A stretch of 64,000 bases of DNA from Candidatus Bathyarchaeota archaeon (GTDB lineage Archaea; Thermoproteota; Bathyarchaeia; Bathyarchaeales; Bathycorpusculaceae): positions 1,216,001-1,280,000 of the forward strand of contig OY970176.1 in assembly GCA_963707955.1 (NCBI GenBank). Reading direction: 5' to 3'. The notes under the pieces are model-generated. The model did not search any database, had not been told where the DNA came from, and was given only the letters and a program-made list of their open reading frames with translations. Below are positions 61,306 to 64,000 of this stretch, one piece after another; within the stretch, counting starts at the first letter, position 1; each line of letters starts with the position of its first letter. The position numbers were made by a program, and so were the translations under genes.

Positions 61306-62027
61306 TCAGAGCTTCTCTAGGGCTTTGACAGCGTTGGGCAGTTCTTTCCATGAGTAAATTATCATGTCGGGTTTAGCGTTGCTTGCAGCCATGTTGGTTG
61401 ACGGTCTCTTCAGCAATATGGTGTGCAACCCCACTTTCTTGGCGCCTTCAACGTCATGGTCCAATTCGTCTCCCACGTACACCGTCTGCGATGCTGATAT
61501 TCGCATGAGCTGCAAAGCCTTCTTGAAAATCCTCGGGCTTGGCTTTCGCCATCCATCATCAGCCGACACGACGATCACGTCGAAAAGCTCAGCCACACCG
61601 AACCGCATAAGAGTCCTACTGACCGCCGGCGAATACGCCAAGTTGGAGACAACGCCTAACCTGTACCTCTTTCTCAACGTCCGAAGCATAGAGGGAACGC
61701 TTCTCTCCATCGTCCTCGCCTGTATCCAGCACTGCATGAAAGCTTCCGTCGCTTCCACAACGGCCTCATCAACCGGCTTCAAAGAAACGCCGCACAGACC
61801 CAGTGTTCGGGAAACCACCACGCTGAACGGCACTTCTCGAACAGAGTTGTCAGCAAGGATTCCCTCATAAATCACCCCATAAGCCCTCTTGAAACCCTCA
61901 AAGGAAACCATGATGCCGTTGCGTTCCAGACTCTTCACAAGACGCGACAAGCATGTGTCAAGATTGTACCGAGGAGAACCTGCACCAACGTGTCACCGAA
62001 ATCAAAAAGAACATTCCTAATCCGCAT
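61306..62027 (-). CDS. HAD-superfamily hydrolase; frameshift near 61980
   Basis: MRIRNVLFDFGDTL motif I lies in an upstream frame; VVSN, KPSPRIF and VGDELDHDVEGA follow. Confidence 0.88.
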
Positions 62028-62123
62028 GTTCACACTGCTCTTCTTCTTCCAACATGCTTAACGGGGTTATATAGGAAGCGCGCGGGGACGCAGAGCCCGC
62101 CGCTCTTTTGGACAGCGCGCGCC

Positions 62124-63368
62124 TTAAACTTGCTTAGCACTTGTATCAGATATCGTGAAGTAGGCGATTGCAGCGATTGGGATTGCGGCTATACCCAGCA
62201 GTATGAAGGGTGTTGTTGGGGCTACGTAAGCGTAAAGCGCGCCGACCAAGAGCGACGCGAACGCCTGGCCCATGTACATGAAGAATTGGCTGCATCCAAC
62301 CACTTTGCCCCTGAGCTCTCGTGGAGTCAAGTCTCCTACTAAGGAGGCGTACCCTGTTCCCACCAACATCTGGGCGAGACCGAAAAGGAAGACGCTCAGC
62401 AAAAGCGTGTAAAAGCTCGCGCTTAAAAAGATGAGCATAGCTGGAGTGAACAACAGAAAACCCAGAATCAAAAACTTTTTGCGCCCAGTGACATCCATTC
62501 GGATGCCTGCGAGAATTGAAGGTATCGAGATACTAACAGCCATGAAAGCCATGACTACAGCCCATTGGAACATGCTCACGTGAAGAAAACTCGTGGCGTA
62601 CACGACGAAATACGCTTGGCAGCCAAAGATTAAGCTGTTTATTCCAGCGTTTGTCAGGAAAAGGTAGAAAACGGCCTTCGGAACTTTGCTCCAGACGTCC
62701 AGACTTTCGCTCACGGATTTTGGGTATTCTCGAAGGACAGCTAAGACGCTTGGAAGACTTTTCGTGTTGTTACTTGGCAGGGTTTCTTTAAGCCTGATTC
62801 TCAACGTGGCAGCGATGAAATAGCCGATTAACACGATCGCGTAAGCTATGCGCATGCCAAAATCAAGGTTGAACACCAACACCAAGTAACCCGCTATTAA
62901 CGCCGCAGGCAAAGAGAACAGGTTGGTCACAACCGCTTGGAACATGAATCCCTGTCCTCGATACTCAGGGGCAACAGAATCCATCATAATCGCATACATC
63001 GCAGGCTGATAAAGGAGACAGAAATTCTGAATCACCACACCCAACACTATGAATTGCCACGTCGGAGCAAAAATGAAGAAAAACGTCGAAAGAGCAACAC
63101 CATACGTCATAACAACCACGAGCAATCGTCTACCATGCCGATCCGCCAAGTACCCCCCTGGAAACTGGACAAGGGCAATCGCAATCGACCCGGCGAAACC
63201 TATCACGCCTAAGAGAAAATAGTTCGCACCTAGACCCTCGAAAAACAAGCTCGAGTAGGTCTGAGGAATCGGGCCTGTGAAATTCATCAGAATCCAGCTC
63301 ATAACGAGAATTAAGAAGTTGCCTTGAAGGAACACGTAACGGCTGCGAAGACGCGAACTCAGATTCAT
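62124..63368 (-). CDS. MFS transporter
   Basis: GGYLADRHGRR motif A; about 12 TM segments. Confidence 0.92.
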   Translation of the reverse strand: MNLSSRLRSRYVFLQGNFLILVMSWILMNFTGPIPQTYSSLFFEGLGANYFLLGVIGFAGSIAIALVQFPGGYLADRHGRRLLVVVMTYGVALSTFFFIFAPTWQFIVLGVVIQNFCLLYQPAMYAIMMDSVAPEYRGQGFMFQAVVTNLFSLPAALIAGYLVLVFNLDFGMRIAYAIVLIGYFIAATLRIRLKETLPSNNTKSLPSVLAVLREYPKSVSESLDVWSKVPKAVFYLFLTNAGINSLIFGCQAYFVVYATSFLHVSMFQWAVVMAFMAVSISIPSILAGIRMDVTGRKKFLILGFLLFTPAMLIFLSASFYTLLLSVFLFGLAQMLVGTGYASLVGDLTPRELRGKVVGCSQFFMYMGQAFASLLVGALYAYVAPTTPFILLGIAAIPIAAIAYFTISDTSAKQV

Positions 63369-63478
63369 CGTTCAAAGTTCATTCCAAGCCAACATATAAA
63401 CTGCAACCAGCAGGAACTCACGCGCTAGATATCCGTGTTTTGGAAGGATGTGGTTGTTGTGTTTTCTCTGGGTTCTAT

Positions 63479-64000
63479 CTAACTTTGGCTTGTTTTCACG
63501 CCTTTCTTTTTGTAAATTATAACTGCAAGTAGTGTTGCTATCATGAACAATGGCAGAAATAGGAATGATGGAAACTCTGGAACCACTACAGTTGGAACTA
63601 TAAGCGGGTAATAGTCAGTGTTGTTTGCGTCGATTACGTAAGGCGTGTTCCAGACGCCTGAACTGTCAACTTGAACGGCGTTCGGATACTTTGTCACATA
63701 GTCGCTCCAGTAGTTGCCCACGCTCCCATTATCCCAAACGTTAGCCAACCCATCTGTGAGGATTTGGTATGTGTTGTTTACAAAACTGTTGTAGAAAATA
63801 CTGTTGTTAGAAGAATCGCTGAGCGTAATGCCAAACCCGTTGTTTGCCGTGACGTTGTTGCCAGACAAAGTGTCATCAGAAGAAGAGTCGAGAAAAATGC
63901 CAACGCTGCCGTTTGCCGTGACGTTGTTGCCAGACAAAGTGCAATTAGAAGATTCTTCTACATCAATGCCACCATATGTGTTTGCCGTGACGTTGTTGCC
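63479..64000 (-). CDS. 3' end of a NosD/beta-helix surface protein with PEF-CTERM-like sorting signal (partial)
   Basis: 23-aa (69-bp) LSGNNVTAN repeats, WDNGSVGNYWSDY, and VPEF + TM helix + KKK tail. Confidence 0.85.
   Translation of the reverse strand, partial: GNNVTANTYGGIDVEESSNCTLSGNNVTANGSVGIFLDSSSDDTLSGNNVTANNGFGITLSDSSNNSIFYNSFVNNTYQILTDGLANVWDNGSVGNYWSDYVTKYPNAVQVDSSGVWNTPYVIDANNTDYYPLIVPTVVVPEFPSFLFLPLFMIATLLAVIIYKKKGVKTSQS

Noticed and set aside
265-63375. Numerous antisense or nested ORFs in the six-frame track
   Set aside because: They overlap well-supported genes and show no recognisable motifs; treated as shadow ORFs.
63842-64000. 69-bp periodic repeat as a CRISPR array
   Set aside because: The period is 23 codons and lies within the beta-helix coding frame.
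1-64000. Genome-wide TAG reassignment to pyrrolysine
   Set aside because: TAG terminates several conserved genes at their expected ends (nac, thrS, tdh, gap).

Overview
Archaeal chromosome segment, most likely Bathyarchaeia (inferred from TFE, aTrm56, aMBF1, NAC, archaeal ThrRS/ProRS, and dockerin- and PEF-CTERM-bearing surface proteins). About 1-34 kb is housekeeping and metabolism: thyX, a CofE-like ligase, acdA, ribK, ino1, tfe, hflX, thrS, ilvE, AOR, proS, apgM, a tdh-kbl-gcvH cluster, and bacterial-type gap plus pgk. About 34-64 kb is accessory: toxin-antitoxin modules, an M16 peptidase pair, MFS transporters and large secreted proteins. The main highlight is a ~6.6-kb AT-rich element (48999-55591) bounded by a perfect 23-bp terminal inverted repeat. 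It has one central IS6-family transposase and carries a GHKL ATPase, a B12-type radical SAM enzyme, an RHH regulator and a DNA methyltransferase fused to an Mrr-like nuclease domain; this is a candidate mobile DNA-modification/defence system. A second unexplained signal is a recurrent intergenic (GC)3-5 palindrome at gene boundaries across the accessory region. At least eight single-base frameshifts, one of them in tfe, are probably sequencing errors. I found no rRNA, intact tRNA or CRISPR array.
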